From positions 372,001 to 436,000 of the forward strand of contig MU004187.1 of assembly GCA_010093605.1 (NCBI GenBank): a stretch of DNA of 64,000 bases, read 5' to 3'. Positions 25,120 to 36,550 of the stretch are shown here, piece after piece. A program made the translations under genes and the position numbers. The number at the start of each line of letters is the position of its first letter. Position 1 is the first letter of the stretch. The notes below the pieces were generated by a model. It had not been told where the DNA came from, did no database searches, and was given only the letters and a program-made list of their open reading frames with translations. Source of the DNA: Lophium mytilinum (Eukaryota).

Positions 25120-25855
25120 ATGTCCGAAATCAACGAGACCTACCACGCTCTCAAAGTGGAGGCCATCGATGGCTCCGAAGTCGTTAGCGTCACTGGAATG
25201 GCACGCTTTACCACTGTCAAGACCTTCAAGCGCATGCTCGCTACCAAGATCCGCTGTGACCCATCGGATCTTCGATTAATGGCTTTCGGAAGACCAATGG
25301 AAGACGGTAAGGCCGAGCTCAACCAACGCTTTCAGATACGTATCCTGTAATATTGATCCTTTGAAGCTTCCACCCTCGGCAACTGCGGCATTGAAGAAGA
25401 CACCATCATCACGCGCATCGTGACCGGCTCTGCGCCCTCGGACAACCCGTCCGCGTTCAAAGAACCCAAAGTCCGGCCCACTCCCACGACCCAAGCTACA
25501 GGCGCTCCATCAGATCACCCGTCCCAGCTTCGCGAGAAATACTCGGGCCCGCAGCTGAAAACCGTGTTCATCAAGAACCTCGACGGGAAGAGCTTGACGG
25601 TGCATGATATCCCGCTGCAGATGCCTGTGCGGGAGTTTGTGGTCTATTTTGCGCATGAGAAGGGGCTCGACTCGGAGGGGATACGATTGTTGTTTGGTGG
25701 AAAAGAGTTGAATGAGAAGAGCGAGCATATGCTTATGGATTATGGGATCATGAATGTGAGTGTGCTATGCCTTTGCAGGGAAATGGTAGTAAGAAGCTAA
25801 CATATGGTAGGGATCTGAGCTGAGGCTTGTATACCGACTAAAGGGAGGGCTTTGA
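25120..25855 (+). CDS. Two-domain ubiquitin-like protein ending in RLKGG-L (exons 25120-25306, 25367-25755, 25811-25855)
   Basis: Ubl1 is TVKTFKRMLATKI..DLRLMAFGRPMED-ASTLGNCGIEEDTII. Ubl2 is VFIKNLDGKSLTV..IRLLFGGKELNE..LMDYGIMN-GSELRLVYRLKGGL*. Both introns are GT..AG and keep frame; the second has a GCTAAC branch site. Confidence 0.85.
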
Positions 25856-26651
25856 TTGCTTTTAGTGGGAGTGACATGGTGCAAAGGGCTGTCGCTCTGC
25901 ATAATAGTATTTATGGAGGATTATATACGGCCGATCATCATATTTGATACTGTACACAATTTTGATATACGTAGCAATATCAATGAGTACTAAGCAACTT
26001 ATTCCTCATACCTTCGCTTCAACTGAGCTACGAACACATACAGCCTGCGCAAAGTGTTGATCACAATTCGAAACAGTAGTGTGGCACTGTGGCGCTCGCA
26101 CCGCCACGCAGCTGAAAACGACGCCAGGTTTCTCCCCTCGAACCTAGGTATCGCCTCCCCCTCCTTCACCATCGCGGCGCAACTCCTCGCTAACCCCATG
26201 ACCGCCTCGTTTCATCCCAATACTGTGCCAGAAAGGCACCTGAAACGTCTCTGGGCGACGGCTGCGGCCTTGCAGCTGTTCTGCTGCCACGAATTGGATG
26301 GCCACGGCCGAGACAATCTACTCGCCTGCAGCTGGGCGAGAAGATTGTAACAGACCTGCCGGGCGTACTCCGATGTCGTCGGCGGCGGAAGTGGTTAGAC
26401 TAGGCCGATGGGAGAGGGCGAGAAGGCAAGTACATTCTTTGCGGCGGCCTTGCATGAGCTGGCCTGAGGCGGGAGCCTCAGCCTTGCGAATGGGGGCTAG
26501 TAGGGTGGAGCTGTGAGTGATTTAGCGTTTCGGACTCTGAGTAATGTTGTTTGTCATGCTTCGCTTTTTCTTAGTACCATATCCTAGTCTTTCATCTGTC
26601 CAATTCCTATGCTTGCTGGTATTGTGTTCTCTCGAGTAGATTGAAGCCATC

Positions 26652-27566
26652 ATGCCTTTAATTTCTAGCAACCTTTTCCGCAGTTCCATCATATCTTCAA
26701 GGAATCAAAAGAACGACGCCAAAGGTTACGGGGAGACCAGCCAATCTCCCGATGAGACTATTCGAATTCTCCGGGCAGAAAACGAGATGTTGAAAGCTGT
26801 GCTTGCAAACCCTACGGAACCCACAGACGTACCGGACGCTCTTTCCAACGAGACAAAGCTCCTCATTACTGGCATCAAGATCCGATATCAAGTCCTAGAA
26901 ACCGAGATTGTGGAACTGAACCGGGAGTTGTTAGACGTCAAGGCCCAAAACGCAACACTACAACGAACGGTTGCCTCCGAACGATTCTACATCGAAGATG
27001 TTTCACGACAGCGTCTCGAGGTCCAAAGATTACATGGCATCGCCGAAGCACAAGTCCACCGACTTCGATCTTTCGAAGCGGAAGCCCTCCGGCTTGCACC
27101 ATACGAACAGGAAGCGGACCGGCTCCGGCCGCAAATTGGTCAGTTACGAGATACGATCCGGGAAACAGAGCGATCGAAACAAACCGCCGAGGACAAAGCA
27201 TCAAACCTCGAAGCCGAATCGAAGAAGCGAGCTCTTCGCTTTGCCCACGTCCAACAACTTCTCCTGGAAACGATGGCAATCGGCAAACATCACGCCTCTC
27301 CACAGCTACGGTCTCTCCAAGTACAACTGGCAGGGGCAAGGACCCAGTTAACTCGGCTAGCCACGTATAAGGCGAAGGCGGACCGTACGGGGCAAGTCAA
27401 TGTACAGCTTCGACAACGTCTGGAAAGTACGCAGCAAGAGCTGGACACAGCGAAGTCATTTGTGACTGCTTTACAGAAGCGGTTCCAGAATGATGCTTTC
27501 GATTCGGTTTTAAATGGAGCCAAACGATACAAAACAAATTTGTCCTCCCAGACTATCGATATCTGA
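26652..27566 (+). CDS. Coiled-coil protein, paralog family member 1
   Basis: 304-aa heptad-rich ORF containing LRPQIGQLRD..RFAHVQQLL. Confidence 0.75.
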   Translation: MPLISSNLFRSSIISSRNQKNDAKGYGETSQSPDETIRILRAENEMLKAVLANPTEPTDVPDALSNETKLLITGIKIRYQVLETEIVELNRELLDVKAQNATLQRTVASERFYIEDVSRQRLEVQRLHGIAEAQVHRLRSFEAEALRLAPYEQEADRLRPQIGQLRDTIRETERSKQTAEDKASNLEAESKKRALRFAHVQQLLLETMAIGKHHASPQLRSLQVQLAGARTQLTRLATYKAKADRTGQVNVQLRQRLESTQQELDTAKSFVTALQKRFQNDAFDSVLNGAKRYKTNLSSQTIDI

Positions 27567-28087
27567 GCTTAATGACAAGAAATTTGCAAGGCTCTCCGAC
27601 AAGGCTATCGCCAAGGTTGGCTGAGGGGATGGTGCAGCTGAAGGCTGAGGCTGAGGCTGAGTCCCCGCCACATTTACTTATCGACTGGGCACTGCCAAAC
27701 CCCGCCAAAACTTGGCTCGCATCGAGGCCACTCATTCTTGAAGATCCGTTGGACAGCTCATCCCGCGCGAGGCATCTATGCGTGTCCACGTCGGCACTTC
27801 TCGCACTGGCTGCCTGTCTATTGCTCTGCACTCAGCCTCGCATGCGAACCATTACTGCGCTTTTTCATTGCATCTTCTACCTTGAACCTCAGCCACGGTC
27901 GGCTCTGCGGTTTGCTAGTCAATTTGTATCCCGATTGTAGAAGTTTCTTGCAGTGACGACTTTCCTCCAACCTAGCGTTATCGCATCCTACTCTCAGCAT
28001 TCATGATAATACCGCCATCTCTGCGTCTATATAGCACCCACCCGTATTCTAGGCCCAGGTACCATATCCCTTGCCAAGTGGCCAAAA

Positions 28088-29572
28088 ATGCCATTCAATC
28101 TGCTCAAGTCGAGATCCTCGAAGAATCTCCAACTCGACCCTACAAATGTCGTAAAGAAGAAGTCAGAAATGGTCCGAAGCGCCCGATCTACCTCAAGCTC
28201 AAAACCCGCCATAGCCTCAACACCCTCCAACAGCGCTGTGAACGAGCTCGTACGATCGCGAGACGAAGCCCTAGCCGAGGTCCGGAAACGAGACGAAACG
28301 ATCCAGCAGCAAAACGAAACGGTCAAGGACTTTCAAAAACAATTAGAAACGCACCCGTCGGCGGTGCAGAATCTGCAGAATCTTACAGATGCGTTCCAGC
28401 GGCAACTCGTAACCCTTAAGGACGCGCAGCAGCAAGCAAGAGATCAACGAGCTGCCTATGAAAAGGAGCAGGAGGCTCACCATCACTCGCGAGTGTCGCT
28501 GCTCACGCAGGCACAGCGACACAAAGAGGAAGTGGACCAGCTGAAATCCCGGCTAGAGATCCAGTCAGCGCTGCTGAAGCGAGAGCGATCTGTCTCGCAG
28601 GCAAATATGGGCCTGTTGCGACAACAACGGGATGAACACGAGGAAGAACTGCGGAATAGGCATAAGGAGGTAGAAAGGCGCCTCAATATCGAGTTACGCG
28701 AAAGAGAGACGGCGTACAACACGGCGCGGAAAATGGTGACGAAGGCGCGAGTAGATGTCGATAATTATCGAAGCCAGCTCGTGGCGGCTGAGAAGCGGAG
28801 CAACGAGCTGACAAAGGAGCTTGCACTACAAGTGGGATTTTTCGAAGATGAGAAGGCGGTCTCTAAGGCCCTACAGCGTGAGCTCAAGGGCTGTGAAGCA
28901 AATGCGTTGGACCTAGCGGCTCGAGTTCACCGGGCTAGTGAGGAGAACGCGGAGTTGAGGGAACACTGCAGGACTGCGCTCGCAGAAGTGACGAGTTTAC
29001 TGCCGTTCAGGGGCGAGACAGAGATGCTACGGCCACAGATTGGTCAGCTAAGGGATAGACTTCGGGAATCTCAGCGCGCAAGACAAGAACTGGAGAATCA
29101 GCTCCGAGCATCAACAGCCCAGAATGCGGTAATCACACAGCGCTTCGCCTACGTCCAGCAAGTTTTGATATCAAGCACCGTCGAAGTCAAAGAACTTCAG
29201 CCCGTTCAAAATCAGCTAAAGAGTCTAAAGAAGGCGCTGACTGGAGCCGGCACACAGAACAAGGGTTTGAAGCTCCAGGTCGCGTCCCTCGAGGCGTGGA
29301 ACAAGCAGGCTCAGAAGGCGTTGACAGAACGCGAAAAGGAGGTCCACAGGATGCAATCTGACCGGGAAACTGTGGGAATGCTCCAGGAGCAGGCAAAGAC
29401 GCTTAACGAAGCATTGACAGGAAAAAGTGGCGAGATTGAACGGCTCCGTCACCGAGTCGAGGAGCTGAAGACAGTGCAAGAGCAAGCGAATGCGCTGAAG
29501 AAGGCGTTGGATCAGAGCAAGACAGAGAAGGAGACGCTAAGGCGGGATATTGAGAGGTTGTTTAGTCTTTAA
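28088..29572 (+). CDS. Coiled-coil protein, paralog family member 2
   Basis: 494-aa heptad-rich ORF containing LRPQIGQLRD..RFAYVQQVL. Confidence 0.8.
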   Translation: MPFNLLKSRSSKNLQLDPTNVVKKKSEMVRSARSTSSSKPAIASTPSNSAVNELVRSRDEALAEVRKRDETIQQQNETVKDFQKQLETHPSAVQNLQNLTDAFQRQLVTLKDAQQQARDQRAAYEKEQEAHHHSRVSLLTQAQRHKEEVDQLKSRLEIQSALLKRERSVSQANMGLLRQQRDEHEEELRNRHKEVERRLNIELRERETAYNTARKMVTKARVDVDNYRSQLVAAEKRSNELTKELALQVGFFEDEKAVSKALQRELKGCEANALDLAARVHRASEENAELREHCRTALAEVTSLLPFRGETEMLRPQIGQLRDRLRESQRARQELENQLRASTAQNAVITQRFAYVQQVLISSTVEVKELQPVQNQLKSLKKALTGAGTQNKGLKLQVASLEAWNKQAQKALTEREKEVHRMQSDRETVGMLQEQAKTLNEALTGKSGEIERLRHRVEELKTVQEQANALKKALDQSKTEKETLRRDIERLFSL

Positions 29573-29850
29573 AGGCACTCAAACAGCCATGAACCATTAC
29601 GTTCATTCTTGTACATTTATATCTTATAACAGGTAGTACGACTCCCCAATATGCACACAAGTACTTTCCTTTCCCGTTCAGGGAACTGATCTGCTCATGC
29701 TCTAGCCTGGGCTATGGCTGTGCTGGGGTGAGCGCATCCTGAGCTAGAACTAAGCAGCTCGTTGGAACCCAATTATGGGCCCTGTATTTGACATGGAGGG
29801 TTAAGACTGGGGTCTTTACCCTGCCTCGTGAGGCCCGTTTCAGGGGCCTA

Positions 29851-30035
29851 AGCCTCTGGCCGCATGACACGGTTAGAGAGGGTTTCCATGCCACATAAAG
29901 AAAGGCACAGAGAAGGGTTATTCTGCCCCCCAACGTTTGAGCCTGTTGTGTAACTGATGGCTTCCTCACAGGATCTTATTGGTTATATATCTTGGCTAAA
30001 GAAGCTCTCTAACCGTGTCAGGCGGCCAGAGGCTG
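29851..30035. mobile_element. Putative MITE (~185 bp) with 30-bp terminal inverted repeats, Tc1/mariner-like
   Basis: 29851-29880 agcctctggccgcatgacacggttagagag is the reverse complement of 30005-30034 ctctctaaccgtgtcaggcggccagaggct with 1 mismatch. There is TA on the left (29849-29850) and G-TA on the right. Confidence 0.7.
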
Positions 30036-30670
30036 TACAAGCGACTCAGCTCTTACTATAGAGCGGTTGCAGAGTGTACGAGACCCAAATCTCGACCAGC
30101 TCATGGAATGACAAACGGCCATGGACGTGGCGAACTCCTTTGGAAGGGCATTAGCACACAGCATCACCTTCTTTAAGCTTCATGCGTGCGCCTTTGACTT
30201 CTCCGCCGCCTTCAAACAAACTCATCCCAGGCAGCTAGCAACTTTAAGACGCCCTTGCCGCTTTCTTGCTGCTATACCTAGTTCTTGGCAGCCATCAGCG
30301 AGATCTTTCGGGGGAACTGCGGGCCGCCTCGGCCTTGGCTTTACGCTCAGCCTCAGCCCGCCCATCTCAACCACCATGTCCGAAATGAGCCGCGTCTCAC
30401 AAGGTCTGACTCGAGGTTGTTGGGGTAGTGAAATCGATCGTTGCTGTTTCGCCAAGTCCAAAGGCGAGCCGCCGTGGTGTTGTCATACCGGGCTGCTTCT
30501 TTTGGCACCGCGACAGTCTGTATCGGAGCATAGCGACTCAGCCACGTGGGATAGCACAATGGGCGGTTGAATGAGGGTGGTGGAAGTCTTGCCTACCTGG
30601 GCAGGTGGGAGTGCACAGACTTTTGTTCAGGTGTTGTACCCAGTTCCATCTTATTCTCTAATATAATCGT

Positions 30671-30710
30671 CTTCTTCTTCTTCTTCTTCTTCTACTACTA
30701 CTACTACTAC
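30671..30710. repeat. Compound microsatellite (CTT)7(CTA)6
   Basis: Read directly from the sequence; it lies downstream of the MFS gene stop. Confidence 0.95.
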
Positions 30711-30880
30711 CACATAACCGTCTTATTTTTCTCCCACAACATCGTGTTGGTTAGTGCGTCGTAGGCTACGGTTCATGCAGAAGCTGTTCCAGCCTCACCC
30801 GAGGAAGCGTAGGGCGAGAAGGTGATGTTCTCGTCTGTCCTGTTGGACAACCAAAATCTCCTGTTCTCCATCGGTTCTTC

Positions 30881-32608
30881 TCAGACCAAGTCTTGCTTTT
30901 CTTCATCTTGATTCTGCTGGGCGCGAGGCTCGTCATCGAGACTACTAGCGCGGCCAAGAGTGAGAGCCCAGAGCAACGAAAGTACTGCGACGACGGCTAG
31001 ATAGCACCACCAGACGATTCCAATCGCATTCTTCTCGACGCCCAGAGCAAGCAGGTAGCCTCCCACAACAGTTCCTATGGCCCGAGCCAGGTTCGCCATC
31101 ATATTTCCAGCACCATGGACAGTGCCCAAGACTGTTTTAGATGGTGCTGAGTCGTGTAGTAGTATGACCGATGAAGGGATCGCTATCGTCCGCGCCCATA
31201 CTTGCGCAAGGAGAACGACAGCGATTGCCGGCCAGCGCAGGACCGAATGGTGGGCCAGGAGCGAGAGGTAGGGCGCGAGGCAATACGCCAACGGAAATAC
31301 AGCCAGAGCGAGGCGGAAGCACCCACGAGTTCCAATGCGGGCTTGTAATCGTGGGTAAAGGAAGAGCTGAAGCAGAATGCCGCAAATGCCGATACCAGAT
31401 AGCCACAGGCCGATCAAAGGAGACGTAAGCCCTAGTCCACCAGTGAATGAGAAGGCACTAGGAGTGGAATCCGAGGATGAAGGTTGCATACTAAGATAGA
31501 CCGGAAAAATATGCATGAAGGCTGCGTTGTGTAGCGGAAGAAGTGCAAAAGATATCAGGTTGGCGACCACGTCTCGTGTCCAGATGGTGGAGAATGGAAC
31601 GCGACCTTGCAAAGGCTTAGTCTCAGCGCACGAGGCTGTAGTTTGTTCGGGGCCGACGAGAGTATATTCATGAACCTCACGGCCGAGACATCGGCTCATT
31701 AATTTCGTAAGAGAGAAAGCTGGATGAGGTCTTGAAGTGAGGTCGTTTTTTAGACTGGGTAAAGTCTCTCGCAGCCCGAACACGGTAAAAGCCAAGCTGA
31801 TTCCAAGGATCACGGCATTGAATAGTACAGGCAAGGCGTACGGATACCGAATGGCCCATTCAACACCATTTGGGGATCCGTAGAAGTTCACCAATCCATT
31901 TGGGCCAAAGAGCCCGGGGAGATTGACGACCGGATCAGCCAGACACCCACCCAAGGCCAACGCTAACACCATGCTTGACTTGAATAACAACGGCATCAAC
32001 AAGAATGCGCGTGTCTGGAACCGTCGCTCTTTCACGATTTCTGCTGTCATGGTCCGCATCACCCCAACGTTCCCATTCGCCATTCCCGCAATGATACGCC
32101 AGAATATGAGCGTGCCGAGACTCCTGGAAAACCCGAAGCATATGTTGGAGAGAATGCTCCCGGAAAGTCCGATAACAAGCATGGACTTGCGACCGTACAT
32201 GTCTGAAAGTCGGCCCCAGAGCAGACTAGTAGCGCACTGACCAAGTGGGTATACTGCTACGAGAAGACCAGAGGTTCGCGCAATCTCTTGCGCCATCGTG
32301 GCCTCGGCGGAAGGAGTTGTGATGGATTTAACGAGATAGAAAACGTAGGCCAGAAGCGATGCGCTTGAGAGCGGAGAGGAAAGCCTGCATGATGCTAGGA
32401 TGAGAAGCTGACACTTGTTAGGGAGAGCTCTCCAAGGGACAAGCTCCTTGTCCAGGCGAGCGGTCTTGGTGGTCCGTCGCGGGCTGGAAGGTGAAGTGGA
32501 AACATCTGTACAAACATGTCAGCGCGACAGAGACCGGGTCCAAACGTCGAGGGTCTTCCTACCTTGCATCAATCTCTCCTGCTCCTGTACATCTCCTCTG
32601 GGACCCAT
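30881..32608 (-). CDS. MFS transporter (DHA1/ZIFL/YCR023C-like), with a short first exon and one intron upstream of the tracked ORF
   Basis: WGRLSDMYGRK (MFS motif A), GMANGNVGVMRT, ALGGCLADP and ~12 hydrophobic segments. The upstream spliced N-terminus reads MGPRGDVQEQERLMQ-D..PWRALPNKCQLLILASCRLS. Confidence 0.88.
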
Positions 32609-33908
32609 TCTCGAAGGACACTTGCCAAGGCGTAGCTTCAAGACGAGATAATAGCTTCCGACGTGCTGGAAATCGAGAGTGAAGGGCCGAGGAAACACGG
32701 AAATGAAGCGCAGTCATATTAAACCTGGTCGTCACCGATCTATTGTTTCGGTAATTTGTGGCCTAATAAAGGGGGTTTGTGGCTAGTGCGGTCCGGAATG
32801 GGCTGGTGAACAGTGCGTTTGTGGCACTTTACGCGCCAGGGCGCCACAGTTCTATGCAAACAGCTCATGATGGTCTCCAGAGGCTCTTCATCCTGCAGGG
32901 CGCGATATGGCTGCCGTATGTGCGAGGCTGTCCGTGTATATACGCAGTGCTGTCTGCAAAACACTAGCATCTGGAGAATAGTGGAGATCTAGTACGCCGG
33001 TTAGTATTCTTCGGGTCTGGATTGGGCCCGCGTAAACGAGCAGCTTCGCCTGCAGGATCCGCCTAAAACCTGCCCAAGATCATTGGGCCTGACAGCTTGG
33101 CCAGAACATTAGCCAGGACGCCCCAATGCTTGCTGCCAGACCCTGTCCCGCTGTCCACCCCCGCAACACCTGCACCGCAACGTAGCGGCAAGGACCATAG
33201 ACCATAGAAAGAGGACGAAGGGTTTATAGAAGACAGGGTAAGAATTTGGATGAATGTTTGTCGAGGGCCACGTTTCGAGCTGCAGAAGGTGGGGCAGCCA
33301 ACCCTCAGACACCACACAGAGGCACACTTCAACAGCCCGGTGTCAATCTTTGCAAAGTTTCGGTAGAGTCAATGGATTTCATGAACACCCCGTTCGATTC
33401 GATCAGTGACAAGTCTCTCAGCCTAGAGCTCCTGGTCGATATGCAGATCACGATTGCCGGCCCAGAAAGAGTTTCACACTCGCTCCATCGACGCTCAGGA
33501 CGACCTTCTCTCAAGCCCCTCCTCCAAGCGATATCGCTGCATGCACCATATCTTCACTCCTCTAGTGCCCAATGGCAGTGTGCCTTTGGCTGCTCCGCTG
33601 CGCTAATCCCGAAGATGCGCTCCACCCTGTTACATTAGCGCCGCATAGTCACAACTCTCTTTTGGCCAGACTGCATTGCTGCTATCTCCGTCTTTGCGCA
33701 GAGCGAGCGCGTCGAGACGTCCTGAAAGCTGGACTGCACCAGCTCATTCGCACCCGGCATGCGTGCAGCAAGCCGCCTCGCGCCACTGCAGTGAAGCGGG
33801 AGAACTTGGGTACTAGGGAATCTATAAGTCTTCCCTAACAGCCCCAGATTGAAGTTACGCAGAGCGTTGTGCGCCATTTGCATCCCATCTTGCTGATACA
33901 CATAAAGG

Positions 33909-35852
33909 ATGACTTCTCTCAAACTGCATGTACTACCATCTAGAGCCAGTTTCCGCCTCCATGTCCTATGCGCGTTCTTTGCTTTGGCGTCTTTCGTTTG
34001 GGGGTCAGTCCGAACTCTCTCCTTCTTGTTTGTTTGTTCATTCGCAGAAGGAGTTGTGAAAATACTCAACAGCGTCTACTGACAGCATCGTATGGAAGAT
34101 ATAATATTGGCATTCTAGCAACAGTATTTGTGAATCCAGGCTTCAAGAAAGCTCTTCACTATCCCACTGCCTCGCAAAAGGGGCTCATCACTGCCATATA
34201 CTATCTAGGAACCTGGATCAGCTACCTTTTTCTCTCACACCCCGCATCCGATTATCTGGGTCGAAGATGGGCGGCTGCTGTTGGTATCTTGGTGTCTGCC
34301 GTGGGGACTGCACTTCAAGCAGGCGCAGGAGGGTCTGGAGCGTATGCGATGATGATCGTTGGCCGGATTATCTGCGGAATAGGGATTGCACTTGTCTCTA
34401 CGTCTGTGCCGCTGTATCAGAGGTATGCGATCAGAGATTGCTCCTCGATATCTTCTGACGCGTAAATCACAGTGAGGTCGCGCCTGCACTACAGCGGGGA
34501 CGCTACGTGGTTATGAATCACATTGGTCTGGTAGTGGGTCTTGCTGGAGCCTTCTGGTATGTCTCCTCTTCCTGATGTTATTTTTGAACTTTTGTTTCAC
34601 GGCTGACACCGAACAGGGTGGGATATGGGATGACGTTCTGGGAAAGTGACGAGGGAGAGCGGAATGGATGGCGGGTCTCTATCGCATTGCAATACATACC
34701 ATCTTTGATCCTTGTCATTGGCCTGCCTTTCTGTCCGGAGACGTACGTATATCCGTTCGCTGGCATATCTCTTCAGACGTCTTAGAAGCTAATGACGGTA
34801 GACCTCGATGGCTCATGGAAAAAGGATATACTGATCGTGCGATATCGTCTCTTTCCTACTTACGGGACGCCGATCCATCGGACGACATCATTCGCAATGA
34901 ACTCGACCAAATTCAGACGAGTGTCGAGGCGCACAGAGCGTCGACGAAAACTTCCTGGACCGTTCTATTCACGCACCGTCCCCTCTTCGAAAGATTATGG
35001 CGGGCAGCAGTCCTGCAATTCATGGCTCAAATGTGTGGTAATACCGCGATGAAGTATTACTTACCGTCAATCTTCATCACCCTCGGACTGGGGCGAAGAA
35101 TGTCGCTCATGATTGGAGGAATCGAGAGCACTCTCAAGATTGGGTGCACAATCATAGAGATGTTAATCATAGATCGAGTTGGGAGGCGGTTCACCCTCAT
35201 ACTAGGGTGTTCAGTCATGGCACTGGCTCTGCTAGTATGACACCTTAAAAACCTTCGGAGACTTCCAGCTGACCAATTGACAAGATCAATGGCGCCCTGC
35301 CTCAGGCGTACCCGAATAACATCAATCACGCTGCCGACTACGCGTGCGTCGTATTCATCTTCTTCTACACATTTGGCTACTCCCTTGGCTTTGGGCCCGC
35401 AGCGTGGGTCTACGGCTCTGAGGTTAGTTGCCCAATCCTAGCTCACCTGCAATCCTAATATACTGACGGTATGGCCGTTTAGATATTCCCAACCAATCTC
35501 CGGGCGCGCGGCCTCAACCTTGCCGCGTCTGGAGGTTCTATCGGCTCCATAATTGCGTCTCAGGTGTGGCCAGTTGGTATCCAGAACATTGGATCGCGGA
35601 CCTACTTCTTTTTCATGGCCATCAACCTGGCTTCTATAGTGGTAAGTTGAAGTCTGAAACCCACACTCTAGTCATCGTCTCATGTTGCCATAGATTATCT
35701 ACTTCTTCTTTCCCGAGACTAAGCAGCTTGCTTTGGAGGATATTGATCCGCTCTTCGGCGACGCGCAGTCGCCTCCGCTAGTCGAGAATGGAGGTGAAGG
35801 TGGCGGGGAATTTGGGAAGGATTTGGTACGTCCGAAAGCGCAGCCAGTCTGA
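33909..35852 (+). CDS. MFS sugar porter family transporter (multi-exon)
   Basis: FVWG-YNIGI, SDYLGRR, GRIICGIG..VPLYQ-SEVAP, PET-PRWL, QFMAQMCGNTAMKYY, IDRVGRR, WVYGSE-IFP..RARG and FFPETK. Confidence 0.9.
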
Positions 35853-36550
35853 GCAGGGTCGCACGTACGCGGATTATCTGGATCTATTCGAACATATAAG
35901 GCGTAGTAGGCGACTTTGCATTAGAGTGGAGTCTGATAGACTTGTATGCACCTTGAATCAGTCGATGACGAAGTGTTCTCAATACTAACGAAATAACACG
36001 CGTTCATATTTCAAAGCATGTTGAAGCACACCAAGCACTTGTAGACTTGAGTGCACAAACTTTTGTCGCGGTATTTGAACGAAAGAGCCCAGAAGTGATA
36101 GATAACGTGATTGGTCAAGGCCTGTTGCACGATAAGATGTAGCCCGCTAGAAGCGGGGTGGCATACGGCTTGGGAAAGTCATCCAGGTACCCGCTCACCG
36201 CGATCGTGTCTACAGCGTCTGTTCTTAAATGCGTGCTTCCGCGAGATATAACTTCCTTCTCGCAAGCATAGTATCGCAATCGGGTTGGCAGTATTGCAAG
36301 AACCGACCGCTGACTTCATGATCCGCTGAGGCTCTCGTTAGCTACTTTTCATTCTTCAATCTTGTCGAAGAACTTGCATCATTAGCTAATTCTCTTCTCA
36401 ATCTCTCCGTCCTTGTCCTTTCTGGTATTATTCTCCTTTACAACATATGCTTCACGAGTCCATTGGCGTCTACGATTCTCAGGCATCACTATCCCATCCC
36501 GTCACGGCTAGATGAGTAGCCTCTAAACTGCACTGCACCACTCACCTTCC

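Noticed and set aside
27560..27630. Possible frameshifted continuation of coiled-coil gene 1 (ELNDKKFARLSDKAIAKVG*)
   Set aside because: It is too short to distinguish from chance and cannot be supported without reads or orthologs.
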